Of a stretch of DNA of 40,622 bases, positions 1 to 11,222 are shown in pieces (position 1 is the stretch's first letter; each line of letters opens with the position of its first letter). The stretch covers positions 1-40,622 of the forward strand of contig JALAGF010001574.1 of NCBI GenBank assembly GCA_030167865.1. The letters are read 5' to 3'. Made by a program: the position numbers and the translations under genes. The notes under the pieces are model-generated. The model searched no databases and was not told where the DNA came from. It saw only the letters and a list, made by a program, of their open reading frames with translations. This DNA is from Craspedostauros australis. Taxonomy: Eukaryota.

Positions 1-1040
1 GTGAAGCTTACAAGCATATTCGACATCGCAATCACTCTCTATCGCTCCATGCACCCCTCGTTCGGAATGCTAGTTTCATCATCACTAGCATCTCATAAAA
101 ACTATCATCAGCACGACAAGGACGACTCAACATTGCTGCAAATGAAGAGAAATGATTGGTCGTTGGTTTCGTTTCAACACGTGGAAGGTTGGATTGCCGG
201 GACTGCAATGTGAAACTCAATTGTGTTTTTGGCTCCTAAAACGCAATCGAGTTTCACTTTCCGAGGGGGAAGTTCGCATGTTGCCCCTCTAAAAATGTCA
301 TTATCAGGTTATTTTGTACCGTGGGACTCGCAATGTGAAATGCGATAGGCCTCTATTCATCGATTGTCCGAGATGCGAAATAGTCCAGTGAGTCCATCCG
401 CACACACGTTTGAAGAAAGTGAACAAGTGTGTCCTTTTTCATTGGAAATGTCAATCTTGGAATGATGATCAACAGGCCAAACAAGCAGGACACAGAAAGA
501 CAATAGAGAACGATCTGACAGTACCTTTCGAAGCGCCTCTTTGGTGGGGGGGCTATTGAAGCACAACAGCGTTTGTCTGCCACAACCACGCCATGGCCTA
601 ATTCGGACAGGAGTCGAAAAGGACATTCGTTGCGTAACATTGACTCCACCGAAACGAGAACCCATTGTGCAATTGGAACAAATGCGCCAATTCAGAACAA
701 ACACACACACAAAACGAACACAACAGAACTTTTTCGGTGGTCAAATTGCGGTAACAAAAGCAACTGTTGCCATCAGCGAAAGGCCGAACGGAGAAAAACA
801 ACGGCACACTTTCACCGATGATGCGCCCACAAATGGCCGCATCGACCAACAGCCAGCGACGAACATCACACTGGACAATCTGTCTAGTCGTACGATACAC
901 CATCACCGTCGCCATCATCTGCGCTGCATAGCAGTTGGTGTCGATACTCTAGCCGTACCTTCATCGACATCAGTCGAGGCGTGACAGAGACTCGAACACA
1001 GTGATACCGGCAAAGACGGCGCGTGTCCACAAAACAAACC

Positions 1041-2141
1041 ATGACAAGCAATCAAATTATGATGGAAGCACTCGCACAAGCACAAGCATCAAAGCTGGTG
1101 ATCACACACAACAGGCAACCGAACAGGACACAAGACGCCGACAAGCCCATCACCGAAGGCGAGGACATTGGAGACAACGATAGCTGCGACAGAAAGCCCG
1201 CATTACCTTCCCATCAACACGAACACTCTCGCCTCAAGGACTTGCCTCAGTTGTCATCAGAAACAGCGATCGCACCAGCAACAGCATTGCCAACAAAGGC
1301 AACCATTGCGCAACAACGAACCATCATGATGAAAGCGATCCTCGCAAGATTACAGGCGCAACAGCAACGGCAGCATCAAGCGGGTTGCAATCCGCACCCC
1401 ACCCTCGATGATCCGCAGACCTTGATGAAGTTTGCTCAGCGGATGGAAGAACTGCTCTACAGAACTCATCAGCAGCAACAGAAACAGCGGCTACAGCCGC
1501 AGCAGCAGCATTGCCAGGATCATTTCTACTCGCCCGATCCGCACACCATCGACGAAAGGCTGCAAACGTTGCTCATCACCAAACTGAACCGACGGATGGT
1601 CACCAAGAGCAAGCGCAATCGATCCGCTGTCTTGCGGAAGCTCTTGGGACTGCACAAGTACACCCTCCTGCGTCAGCTGGTGCAAGAAATCAAGCAGGTT
1701 CGCAATCAAACCATTGCCAGCGTCAAATGCTGCGGCAATTCAATCGTCTGCATGAGTCCAACATCAGCCCTGAAAGCGCCAGCACCGGCACCAATATCAT
1801 TTCCAGAACGATTGCCACAGGTTGCCAAGGATGTCTTCTTCCATGTGAGGCTCGTGGATGCATTCGAGAAGTTACCGATCGAACGATTGCCGAGTCTACC
1901 ATGGAATGAGATGATTTGCAAAGCGCAAGATCACCTTCAGCGGTATCGCGCATTCATGAAGATGCAACTCGAGGGCAGCGCTACTTCTGCTGCAGCCGTC
2001 TCTGTATCTGCCATGAATATTGATGGCGACGTCGACGATAACAGAACAAGTTACTGCTCGGCCTTTCGACGTCTGAGCGTCAACACCTCTGCTTGCGAAG
2101 CAATCGGAAGTCCAAAGAGCACCATGATGGATAAGGCTTGA
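1041..2141 (+). CDS. Q-rich protein with a KIX-like (Med15/CBP-type) helical domain
   Basis: First in-frame ATG at 1041 after a CA-rich leader. Motifs MMKAILARLQ ... LMKFAQRMEELLYRTH ... YSPDPHTIDERLQTLL resemble the (K/R)xEExLY...Y.D..Tx..RL pattern of KIX-like domains. Confidence 0.6.
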   Translation: MTSNQIMMEALAQAQASKLVITHNRQPNRTQDADKPITEGEDIGDNDSCDRKPALPSHQHEHSRLKDLPQLSSETAIAPATALPTKATIAQQRTIMMKAILARLQAQQQRQHQAGCNPHPTLDDPQTLMKFAQRMEELLYRTHQQQQKQRLQPQQQHCQDHFYSPDPHTIDERLQTLLITKLNRRMVTKSKRNRSAVLRKLLGLHKYTLLRQLVQEIKQVRNQTIASVKCCGNSIVCMSPTSALKAPAPAPISFPERLPQVAKDVFFHVRLVDAFEKLPIERLPSLPWNEMICKAQDHLQRYRAFMKMQLEGSATSAAAVSVSAMNIDGDVDDNRTSYCSAFRRLSVNTSACEAIGSPKSTMMDKA

Positions 2142-2812
2142 ATGCTCGTCAATGCAACCATCAATCCGCGACGGATGTCTAATTGACCATGGCTGTAGAT
2201 GACACAAGCACAAATAGACGCAACGCAGTCGTATTCCACATCCATCTTTAGGCCTTGCTGAATTTGACCGAGTTCTTGTCAAGGTTGGTGTGTCAGTCTT
2301 CGCCATCGTCATCGTCTGCAAAGCGAAACATTCCGAAAGCCGGTTGGAGGCAGAGTATGATCCTTGGCGAGGGGCACAAGAGAGAAGTTGCAGAGGCGTG
2401 TGGCAGGTTCATCCCGATTCCGCCCAGTCAAACAAGATCCACCAGGGATCATTCTCGAAGACTTCTATCCGAAGGCAGATCTTTTCTGGAGATACAGGGA
2501 GGAATTGGAGTGGACTGAGGTTTTGCGCGAACCACAGTTTTTCATTCTACGTTGTATTAGTATTCTACAATACTCTGGGGTTCCACATAAGCATACATAG
2601 TAACATGTAATATGTACATGTAGTGTCACAGATGTTTGGCCACTTGTGCACAGGAAAAGATTGTGGTTGGCTTCCACGTACTCTATGGTGCTGAGCCAAC
2701 GCCGAAATCAAGCAGAGATGGACTCCCCATAATTCGCTCGATCATTCATTTGGGACGGAGGCACCTTGCATTCAACAGCAACAGCAGCAACAGTAGCAGT
2801 AGCAGCACTGCC

Positions 2813-4180
2813 ATGACTTCAACCATCAGCGAAAGCGAACTTCTTGGCGCCGCCCAACACGGGAATCTGGAAACGATCAAGGAGTGGCACCAACAACACC
2901 AACAGACCCAAGTCGACAACATTCGGGATTGGTCCAACAGCACCATCCTCATTTCTGCCTGCTACCATGGCCAGCTGCCCACGATAAAGTACTTGGTGGA
3001 AATGTGCGGGGCAAGTATCGTCTCAGCAAACAAGTACGGAAGCAATGCACTTCACGTAGCCTCCTGGTGTGGTCACTTGAACGTTGTGAAGTACTTGGTG
3101 GAGTCGTGCAGTGCAGATGCGAGCATTCTGAATTTCTCCCGGAACAATGCTCTCCATGACGCATGTTTGCGAGGACACGCGCAGGTTGCGCAGTATCTGC
3201 TGGAAAACTGCGAGGTGCATGTGCTTGACAAGAATAACGGCAATCAAACACCATTGCAATGTGCCATCGATAACGGGCATTCAGGGGTTGTCGAAGTCAT
3301 TGCTCTGCACATGCAAACCACTGTAGAGCAGAATCAAAAGGACGTAAAGAGTGGCCGCAGCAGCGCCAACGCGTCTGATACCACGTCACCAATGAATCAC
3401 ACCAGCGCCAGCATCAACCGAAGCAGACTCGAATCGCTTGCCAGCGGCGATCTGGCCGATATCACATTCCTGGTTGGGCAAGGTGAAGGCCAGCAGTCGA
3501 TCAAGGCGAATAGCGCCATTCTGTTGGCCACGGTGCCGTCCTTGAAGACGATGCTCGACGATGGCATTAAACACCAACCGCAACAGGATCTTCCTACAGA
3601 AACGGCATGCATATGCACATCCACGTCTACGTGCACGATTCTTCTTCCCAACTACACCCCAGCACATGTCCAATACGTTCTGCAATACATTTACGCTGGC
3701 GATTATTCTTTCATCTTCAAGGCGGGGATGGAGCATCAGCAAGAGGTGAAGAGCCTTCTAGTGGTTGCGAACCACTTTGATTGCTTGCAGCTCAGTCTTG
3801 TTCTGGAGCTGCAATTGATCAAGGAGCATCTCCAAGATCAGACGATGGTGGAACTGTTGATATTCGCCGATGTCCATGGCTTCAAGCTGTTGCGGAGCGC
3901 TGCGATCCAGATGGTGGCGGAGGATGCGGACATCTTGCTGGACCATCCGCATTTCTGCAAACTGGTGGAGAAGATCGAGCTGATGGATAAGATCCGATCG
4001 GCTCGGATTGGTGGTGCTGCGAAGCACCGTGCATCTGACATCAACATGTCGATTCTGGAATTGTTCAATTTCTTTGACACGCAAAATTGTTCAGTGTCGG
4101 GAGCGGGAGAACGCTCGCTCATGGAAGCCTCGTTGTTGTCAAAGTGTATGGAAGAAGCGCCACCGAAAGATGAAGACTGA
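2813..4180 (+). CDS. Ankyrin-repeat + BTB/POZ domain protein
   Basis: First real ATG at 2813. About 5 ankyrin repeats (AAQHGNLETIK, ACYHGQLPTIKYLVE, ALHVASWCGHLNVVKYLVE, ALHDACLRGHAQVAQYLLE, TPLQCAIDNGH). BTB motifs ADITFLVG...IKANSAILLA...YVLQYIY, then a BACK-like LLIFADVHGFKLLRSAAI. Confidence 0.9.
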   Translation: MTSTISESELLGAAQHGNLETIKEWHQQHQQTQVDNIRDWSNSTILISACYHGQLPTIKYLVEMCGASIVSANKYGSNALHVASWCGHLNVVKYLVESCSADASILNFSRNNALHDACLRGHAQVAQYLLENCEVHVLDKNNGNQTPLQCAIDNGHSGVVEVIALHMQTTVEQNQKDVKSGRSSANASDTTSPMNHTSASINRSRLESLASGDLADITFLVGQGEGQQSIKANSAILLATVPSLKTMLDDGIKHQPQQDLPTETACICTSTSTCTILLPNYTPAHVQYVLQYIYAGDYSFIFKAGMEHQQEVKSLLVVANHFDCLQLSLVLELQLIKEHLQDQTMVELLIFADVHGFKLLRSAAIQMVAEDADILLDHPHFCKLVEKIELMDKIRSARIGGAAKHRASDINMSILELFNFFDTQNCSVSGAGERSLMEASLLSKCMEEAPPKDED

Positions 4181-4696
4181 ACAGCTCTGGAGCACTCTGT
4201 GGCGCAAACTCTGATGTTTGGAGCACTTTCGACAGGCACGGTCCAGGAAGTTTGGAAAGCTTGATTTAGGAGTCGAGAGAAGGCATCGAAGTAAAATACC
4301 TTGTTATTCCTCACATTGTTGAGCATTTGTTACTGTACATGCACAATTCTCCCAATCCCTCTCGAGACAGAGATAATGGAGGTTGAGGTTTCCACCATAT
4401 GGGTATGATATGGTGCTCTTCCATTCGCATGAGGGTACGTGAAAGCAATGAAACGAAACGAATCGAACCGAGAGAATGTAGGAGTGCCTTAATCTAAACT
4501 AAATTTGTAGGCTTTGTATCCACGAATTGATTCAGCGGGATTGGTGGATATCACCGTTTCCGCAGAACAAGGAAGCGACCACAAACCAATCATCCACACC
4601 CACAGCTAACACACCCACCATGCCCACCATACCTATCTTCACAGAGTCACAAACAGGAAGCTTCCCGATCCCTCCCAACACCACATCGAACTGAAC

Positions 4697-5272
4697 ATGG
4701 CATGCTTCCACTTGCGATCACGGAGATCTCTCCCCGCAGCACCGTTTGTATTCCAATTCTTCGCCGTACTCTTCACAGCACTGCATGATCTCGATGAAGC
4801 AGAGGCAACCGACATCCGATGGACACCGGGCTCCGGCTCGCGTGATGAGGCAGCGACGGCACCCAAATCGCAAAAGTACTGGGACGAGAACAACATCGAA
4901 CGACCGGATTACGCCAAGACGGATGCTGAGATTGCGGCCGAACGGGGTTCGTCATCGCTCGGATTGGTTGCGTTTTACTTGGTGGTACTGTTCGCAGTAT
5001 GCGTCGTACTGTTCTACGCGATGGACCAATGGAGGTTGAAGTACGGGCATGGCAATCGACTGGGTGTTTCGGGGCAGGATCAGCAAAGTCCATTCATGGC
5101 ATGGCTATCGAAGCTGGCGTCGTCGATACCGACAACCGCGACGGCAACGGCAACATCCAGATCATCCGAAGCGGAACGCAACGCCAGGTTGTCCCGATTT
5201 GATCAATCCACCCGAGCGGGCGGTCCATCAGAGGGCGCTGCAAAGCAGCAGCATGGTCTGAAGGAGGATTAG
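4697..5272 (+). CDS. Small single-pass membrane protein (N-terminal signal-like segment, short domain, TM, tail)
   Basis: 191-aa ATG ORF. Hydrophobic N-terminal segment (FVFQFFAVLFTAL), TM LGLVAFYLVVLFAVCVVLFYAM, tail motifs YGHGNRLG and EAERNARLSRFD. Confidence 0.8.
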   Translation: MACFHLRSRRSLPAAPFVFQFFAVLFTALHDLDEAEATDIRWTPGSGSRDEAATAPKSQKYWDENNIERPDYAKTDAEIAAERGSSSLGLVAFYLVVLFAVCVVLFYAMDQWRLKYGHGNRLGVSGQDQQSPFMAWLSKLASSIPTTATATATSRSSEAERNARLSRFDQSTRAGGPSEGAAKQQHGLKED

Positions 5273-5633
5273 TAGCTGTTCCTGTTTTCGCAACGGACCT
5301 CTGTGGAGAGTACCTTGGAGGTAGTCCAGGGGAGGGGGAAGGAACCAACAGCATCAATTCGCTGCACAGATTGGAAGTCCTGCTTGTCCTCGTATGCACT
5401 GCTATTGGAGTATAAGAGTATGATATTATGAAATAGAATGGACAAAAGCCAACCTTCTTCTGAAGATGGGAATGCTGCTAGTCGTGTCGCTTGTGCGAGT
5501 AGAGTGCCACTGCTCTTGGAACATCCATGACGATTCGATCGGAGAAAATGAAGGCGAGTAGAGCACAACATTTTGTGGTGATTTTGAATGTGAAGGAGAG
5601 GTTGGCTGCGAGGTGCTCAAATGAAGGTTGCGG

Positions 5634-6908
5634 TTACGTTGTATCCGACACCACGGACGAAGTTCCTCCCCACGTATCGATGTAGATCACCGAGAGGCGG
5701 GGATCGAATTCTGCATCGAAATCGGTATCGAAATCGGCATCAAAATCACGATTTTCTGAAATCGAGGCTTCGTTGTACGAGAATTGGTGCACCGAGGAGA
5801 CATGCGTGGATGCCTCCGTCATACCATCGTGGTACGGCAAGACGGACCCATCGTCATCCTCGCTGAGGGAGTCGGATTCATCGTCCGATTCAAGATCAAG
5901 CCCTGAAGATGCTGCCGACAATGCACCGAACCAGTCGTAGTTAGCCATATCCTCCATGATGGAATTGAGGGCTTCGTTCTGGGTTGATCCATCCGCTTGG
6001 CTTTCGAGGATTTCGAGGGTTTCGTGGACTGTGTCGTTGGCCCAGTTCACATCGTCCCCATAGTCCATGAGGCGATCGTTGTAGCGAGTTGTGAGGTTGG
6101 AACCGATGGGCGATGCATGATTATCGCCGTCATTATTGGTGGGATGGACGTCCGGTAAGTTAGAATCGTGGCCGAGTCGGGACGTGTCAACTTGATGGCT
6201 TTGATGGCACCGCCAAACAGCCTTGAACGGGTATGTCACGGCACGGATGGGCCATTTGATGAAGATTCGTTTGATGTTGTGCCGTCGGTTCTGCGTGCTC
6301 GATGGGTTGTGGACGATTGGGGCTCGTCGCGTGACAGGTGCGGCGGCAGAGGTGCCTGACGTTGCGGGACGATGGTGCCGTCCATCGCGACCAGTATGAT
6401 GCTGATGCCGATCATCATCATCATCATCATCACCATCGCCGGCGCCGCTGGATAGGAACGCAGCATTGGCTGTGAGGCTGGATAGGTCGGTGATGGGCGC
6501 GGACTCTTCGACATCGGCGAGGTACGTGCGCGCATGATCATCGTGCGTTCCGGTCATGGATAGATACGTCTGAGAATGCATGTGGTTCCGAATCTGCTGA
6601 ATGTCTGCGCGATGTTGGTTCTCTCGGCTGCGGCGCAATGCGCGCCACTCATCATTCGAGAGTTGTGGCTGGAATGTTGCTGCGGATTCTTCTACTGTGA
6701 TGAGTGGGGGGTCATGAGCATGACCATTGCCGTCGCTATCACGATGCCGTCGAGGTCGATGACGATTGTGGTGACGGTCATTCGATGTACCCTGCAGCGC
6801 AGGAGGTTGGGTTTGTTGCGGATTCTCGAAAGTGTGCACGGAGTCGCCAAAAAGGTGATCCATCCACGAATCGTCGATGGTGGATGCAGTGTCCACAACG
6901 AAGGCCAT
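5634..6908 (-). CDS. Hypothetical disordered D/H/S-rich protein
   Basis: Long open frame with first true ATG at 6908 (~424 aa). Acidic low-complexity composition; no recognisable domain. Confidence 0.65.
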   Translation of the reverse strand: MAFVVDTASTIDDSWMDHLFGDSVHTFENPQQTQPPALQGTSNDRHHNRHRPRRHRDSDGNGHAHDPPLITVEESAATFQPQLSNDEWRALRRSRENQHRADIQQIRNHMHSQTYLSMTGTHDDHARTYLADVEESAPITDLSSLTANAAFLSSGAGDGDDDDDDDRHQHHTGRDGRHHRPATSGTSAAAPVTRRAPIVHNPSSTQNRRHNIKRIFIKWPIRAVTYPFKAVWRCHQSHQVDTSRLGHDSNLPDVHPTNNDGDNHASPIGSNLTTRYNDRLMDYGDDVNWANDTVHETLEILESQADGSTQNEALNSIMEDMANYDWFGALSAASSGLDLESDDESDSLSEDDDGSVLPYHDGMTEASTHVSSVHQFSYNEASISENRDFDADFDTDFDAEFDPRLSVIYIDTWGGTSSVVSDTT

Positions 6909-7504
6909 GATGGGCAAGGCAGGATGATGTCGATCGATCGCAGCGCTTCAGTCGACACGGAGAGAGAGAGAGAAATGAACTCTTGTCCCTCTGGAGAGTT
7001 CCTTGTTCGGATCCACCACTTTGCGAGTTTGGATCGTTGTTGGTTCTGTGCGATGCTCGCGATCGTGTGGGACGTGGCTGGGGAATGGCAACAAGCGGCC
7101 GTGCGGCTTGGAACGGCACAGCACCTCTGTTGCCGTGCTTGTGCCTGAAGCGTGCTCGTGTTGGTGGCAGAATCGAGAGAGGAATTGATCGCACCCACAC
7201 AAGACCAAACCACGACGAATCGAGTCGTGGATATCGATAAAGAAACGCTCCGCAAGTCCGACTCCGCGCATGTCTCAGAAGCAGGACAAACTTGTGCTAG
7301 TGGGCTATTAGGAAGTATGTACGAGCAATGGTGGCGGTATAAAGGTTGCGCTCTATCTATGTGATCTTCTGGAGCTGTGACTCGTTGGCCCATCTCCTTG
7401 GCATGGTGTAACAGAATCAAGCAGAGTTTTGGTTTGATATGGCTTGAAACGATGGTGCAACGTCCCAACTTTGCTGTGAAAGAGTCAATCGTCACTGCCC
7501 AGAT

Positions 7505-8782
7505 TCAACCGACCTGTCCTCCGACGCACAGTATTCCGACGACCCAACCACCCGTCGCCAATGCCATATTGTCGGCGTACGAGTCACATTCTGTACTCTG
7601 CTCGGTTTGTTGCCTCCGAGTATGCGTTTTGCCAACGCCAACGAGCTTGCGAAAAGCGGGCGTGTGTATGACTGAGTGGGTGGACCATTGTGATGAGATG
7701 TTGTGGTCATTTCGCAATCGACACATGATGCTTTGCATTGCAGCAATCGTTGCTGCGAACTGTGGTGACGATGGGAGGAAGCGGGCGGATCGAAATGAAG
7801 AGGATAGGGATTGGCGCAACAATACCGCGTCAGAAAATGAGAATGGAATTGTGGCTTTCCTTATTCAACTCTTTCACGCTAATGTCACCACCACACATCA
7901 GAGCACATCAAAGCAGAGCACAGCACAACACAACGCAGAATATCGCGCAATGGCATTCGAACGTACCTTGTTCATTTCGTTCTGTGAACTTGGTTGAGGA
8001 CGCGACGATGGTGTGTGCTCATCATCGCTCTCCATTGTACCCAGAAGCCCTTGCGGACAACTTGCCATCGATCGTATCGAATCGCTGCTCCGGTTGTGAA
8101 GACTGTCATTCTGCTGCGTTTCTGCATGCATTACTGCGCTGGTGAACTCTCCTTGTCGTTGTTGCCGCCGTTGCTGTTGCCGTTGTTGTGGCATGATGGC
8201 AACCAGAAATGCGGGAATGCGTTTCCACTGTTCCAGTTCGTCATCGTCATTGCTACCGTCATCACTTGCAACACCGGTACCAACACCTTGCCGCCGAGAC
8301 TTCATAATACGCATAATCTCGATCATGGAATGGATCGTCGACGACGGCGCCACCAGACTCTTGAGTTGAAATGGAACGCTGTCGAACGAAAGCATTGGAT
8401 ACAACAACGAGGACGATTCTGCCTGCGTCGCTTCGCGCACCACATCTCGCAGCAATTCTTTGAACTGCAACCGCCGTCGTTTGAATAACAACGAAAGCGT
8501 CAGCGTCTCACCGAGCTCACGCGATCGAAGATCATCGGCCACCGATGGCAATGCGTGATACGACCGACGGCTGCCGTCCGTTGGCGTCGTATCGATGGAC
8601 GAGATGGAGGGCAGCGTCGCGCCATGTGCCGATGAAGCTTCGTGGCCGGATTCGTATCGAGAAGCTGGTTTGGTTGCAGCAACCGGCTTGCGCAGCCATG
8701 GCACCACCGCAACGGGAGGGCGGGATTGGTTGGAACGAGCCCATTGCTGCAGCAGATGAGAACGGAATGGTCCTGCGCTCAT
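7505..8782 (-). CDS. Hypothetical protein, probably two exons
   Basis: Exon 1 8782-7967 ends AAG|GTACGT. Intron 7966-7760 has a CTGAC branch-like site, a pyrimidine tract and CACAG. Exon 2 7759-7505 continues in frame (NEMNK|FAATIAAMQ). No known domain. Confidence 0.4.
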
Positions 8783-9341
8783 GTTGCGATGTGTTTTGTG
8801 CGTGTGATGTGATGTGATACTCTCGTGCTTTGGCTGGTCTCAATGCTATGTTGTCACTCGCATGTGATGTGATGTCTGTTGTCGTGGCCACGTTGATTGG
8901 GGTTGTTGCTGTTTGTTCTCCCAAGAACACTTCTTGGAGGAACACAACACGAACCAAACCACAACAGAAAGAAGAAACAAAATTCCATTTCGAATTCCAA
9001 CGAAAACCTCTGTCGCGTCATCATGTACTATTTATCATATTATCCGTACGTACAACCATCCGTCTTTAGATTACCATCACGTACATCGACTCGCAGGATT
9101 GAACAATCCGAAAACGAGAAAAAGGAAAGAAATCGCGATCCGGATTTGTGGCACTCTGGACGATGGCGAAATGACCGTTGCGTTCGTCGAACAAACAAGT
9201 GGGCTTGTCTTCCTCATACATAGTCGTAGATTATGAGGTAGGAGGCTGCGGACATTACCAACAACAACACAATCAGAACTCTTCCAAAGCTCAAAGCAAC
9301 AACAGCAGTGGCAACAATACAGGCACAGAGTAGAGAAGAAC

Positions 9342-10625
9342 ATGCGTTGCGTTGCGCCATCCACACCGTCGAGGTTCTTGACGCTCCTGCTGCTCGCGGT
9401 TGTCGTGACAACATCGCAAGCTCAGGAGGACAATGGAGAAGATTGGCAACCGAGGATCGATGAAAGGAGCAGATCGGAGCTGTTCAACGTGGTGGAATCC
9501 ATCCGGGTTCAGGGACCGTCGCACTTCCCCAAGCCAAGCCGGCTGGTGGATCCCAGCGACAAGACCATCGAGGTCGTCGTGGAACCAGCCTTCGGAGAAC
9601 ATCGCCCGGACCAGGATGTCGTCATGGCGTACGCCGAGGGCTACGATCTGCCGTACTACATGATGTTCATGGAGACGTTGCGCGGCACTGGCTTTGATGG
9701 CGACGTCGTGCTGGCCATTGCTGATCATCCCTTTCTGGCGCCGCATGTTCTGGACTACCTCAAGACGCAGGACAATCTCATCGTCTACATCCATCCGCTG
9801 CACTGCTACGAATCGGACGGCCGCACGCCAAGCCCCAGACGCATGAAGAACGGTTCGATGGACGTCTTCCAGATGTGCCATCTCGGCAACGTCTACGGAT
9901 GGAAGGACAAGAACGGCAAAGTCATCAAGAAGGCGAAGGATCCGCGCACCGGCCGCGTCGTGGCCACCCTGCGCTACGAATGGTACTGGATCTGGGCCCA
10001 GCAGTACAACGCTAACTCCTGGATCATGCTCATCGATGCGCGCGATTCCTTCTTCCAGACGAATCCCTTCGTCGATCTGCCGCGCAACCAGAATGGACTG
10101 CTCTACTTCTTCGGGGAGAACGCCGAGGCGACGCGGCTCGGCATTTCCAAGAAGAACAAGAACTGGTTGCTGCGCAGCTACGGCGTCGAGACGATGCAGG
10201 CAATGGCCGAGCGGCCCACCATCTGCAGCGGTTCGACCATGGGCGAGCAGGTGGCGATCGAGACCTACCTGCGTGCCATGGTCAACGAGTGGGATGAAAC
10301 CGACATCAAGATGACGGGCGCCGACCAGGGCTTCCACAACTACCTCTACTACAGCGGCAAGCTGGCCAGTTCCAGCACCATCTCCAAGCTCGTCGTGTGG
10401 GAGCAAGGCAAGGGCATCATCAACAACTTGGGAGCTCTGCGCACGAAACCGTTCGTGGAATGGGGCTTCTACAATGAGAAGACCTACGAGGTGTACAATT
10501 GGGATGGTGAATTGAGTCCGGTGGCGCATCAGTGGGATCGTGATGCGCATTTGCACAATCGATACGTCCGCCAACTGTTCCCGGCATGGAAGAAGAAGTT
10601 TCTGTCAGAGCACAAGGATGACTGA
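9342..10625 (+). CDS. Secretory-pathway GT-A-fold glycosyltransferase-like protein
   Basis: Signal peptide FLTLLLLAVVVTTSQA. Motifs LRYEWY, IMLIDARDSFFQTNPF (DxxD), ICSGSTMG, DQGFHNYL and VAHQWDR resemble nucleotide-diphospho-sugar transferase-like families. Strong GC3 codon bias. Confidence 0.8.
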   Translation: MRCVAPSTPSRFLTLLLLAVVVTTSQAQEDNGEDWQPRIDERSRSELFNVVESIRVQGPSHFPKPSRLVDPSDKTIEVVVEPAFGEHRPDQDVVMAYAEGYDLPYYMMFMETLRGTGFDGDVVLAIADHPFLAPHVLDYLKTQDNLIVYIHPLHCYESDGRTPSPRRMKNGSMDVFQMCHLGNVYGWKDKNGKVIKKAKDPRTGRVVATLRYEWYWIWAQQYNANSWIMLIDARDSFFQTNPFVDLPRNQNGLLYFFGENAEATRLGISKKNKNWLLRSYGVETMQAMAERPTICSGSTMGEQVAIETYLRAMVNEWDETDIKMTGADQGFHNYLYYSGKLASSSTISKLVVWEQGKGIINNLGALRTKPFVEWGFYNEKTYEVYNWDGELSPVAHQWDRDAHLHNRYVRQLFPAWKKKFLSEHKDD

Positions 10626-11222
10626 GTACGAACAACCACAGCATCTATCGAACTTCCGTCAGCCATCTGACGTGAGGCAAGTGCTTCCTGATTATCTTTG
10701 GGAGCTGGTGTGCACACTAATTGTTCATTATTACATTCTCTTACTCTCACACATGGCCCTCCTTTATTTTGCACTGCCATGTCGATCAGTGCATGCTATT
10801 GTTCTGGTGTGTGCTCGTTCAGGGAGCAGTTCAGTGCAGTTGTCGACATGTCTCCAGATGTTTATTCGCGAGAAGTTATCCCTCTACGTCGTAGATTGAA
10901 GAGTTGTTGTTGATGATGCGACATGGCACTCCTCGTGGATCAGCACAGAAGCCATCCGGATCTGCAGTCGCATCCGCAACCGCAACCGCAGAGCGATCCA
11001 CGTGATCGCGAGCCCAATCGGTGGGCCTCCGCATAGAGATCCCCCCATCATTCAAGCTTCCTTCAATCATGGCCTCAGATTGTCGTCCTTTCATTCGTTC
11101 ATTCTGTCGTTGATTCTATCGTATGGTACATACTCGTGCGCGTGTTCGTGCAGGTTGCATCCATCGATCCGAATTCCACCACTGCCGCCGTTGTCGTTCT
11201 CACGATCATCGCAACGCCCTGC

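Noticed and set aside
353-984. Several overlapping 80-150 aa ORFs
   Set aside because: Mostly non-ATG starts, no motifs, and CA-rich composition typical of the leader of the gene at 1041.
2255-2610. Short ORFs or a possible pseudogene fragment; CAGGGATCATT (2443-2453) resembling U3 box A
   Set aside because: No recognisable protein motif, and no U3 boxes C', B, C or D at the expected spacing.
9291-10574. 427-aa antisense ORF, and similar shadow ORFs over SWEET, DUF6824 and gag
   Set aside because: Mirror of a GC3-rich sense gene; alternative start codon and no motifs.
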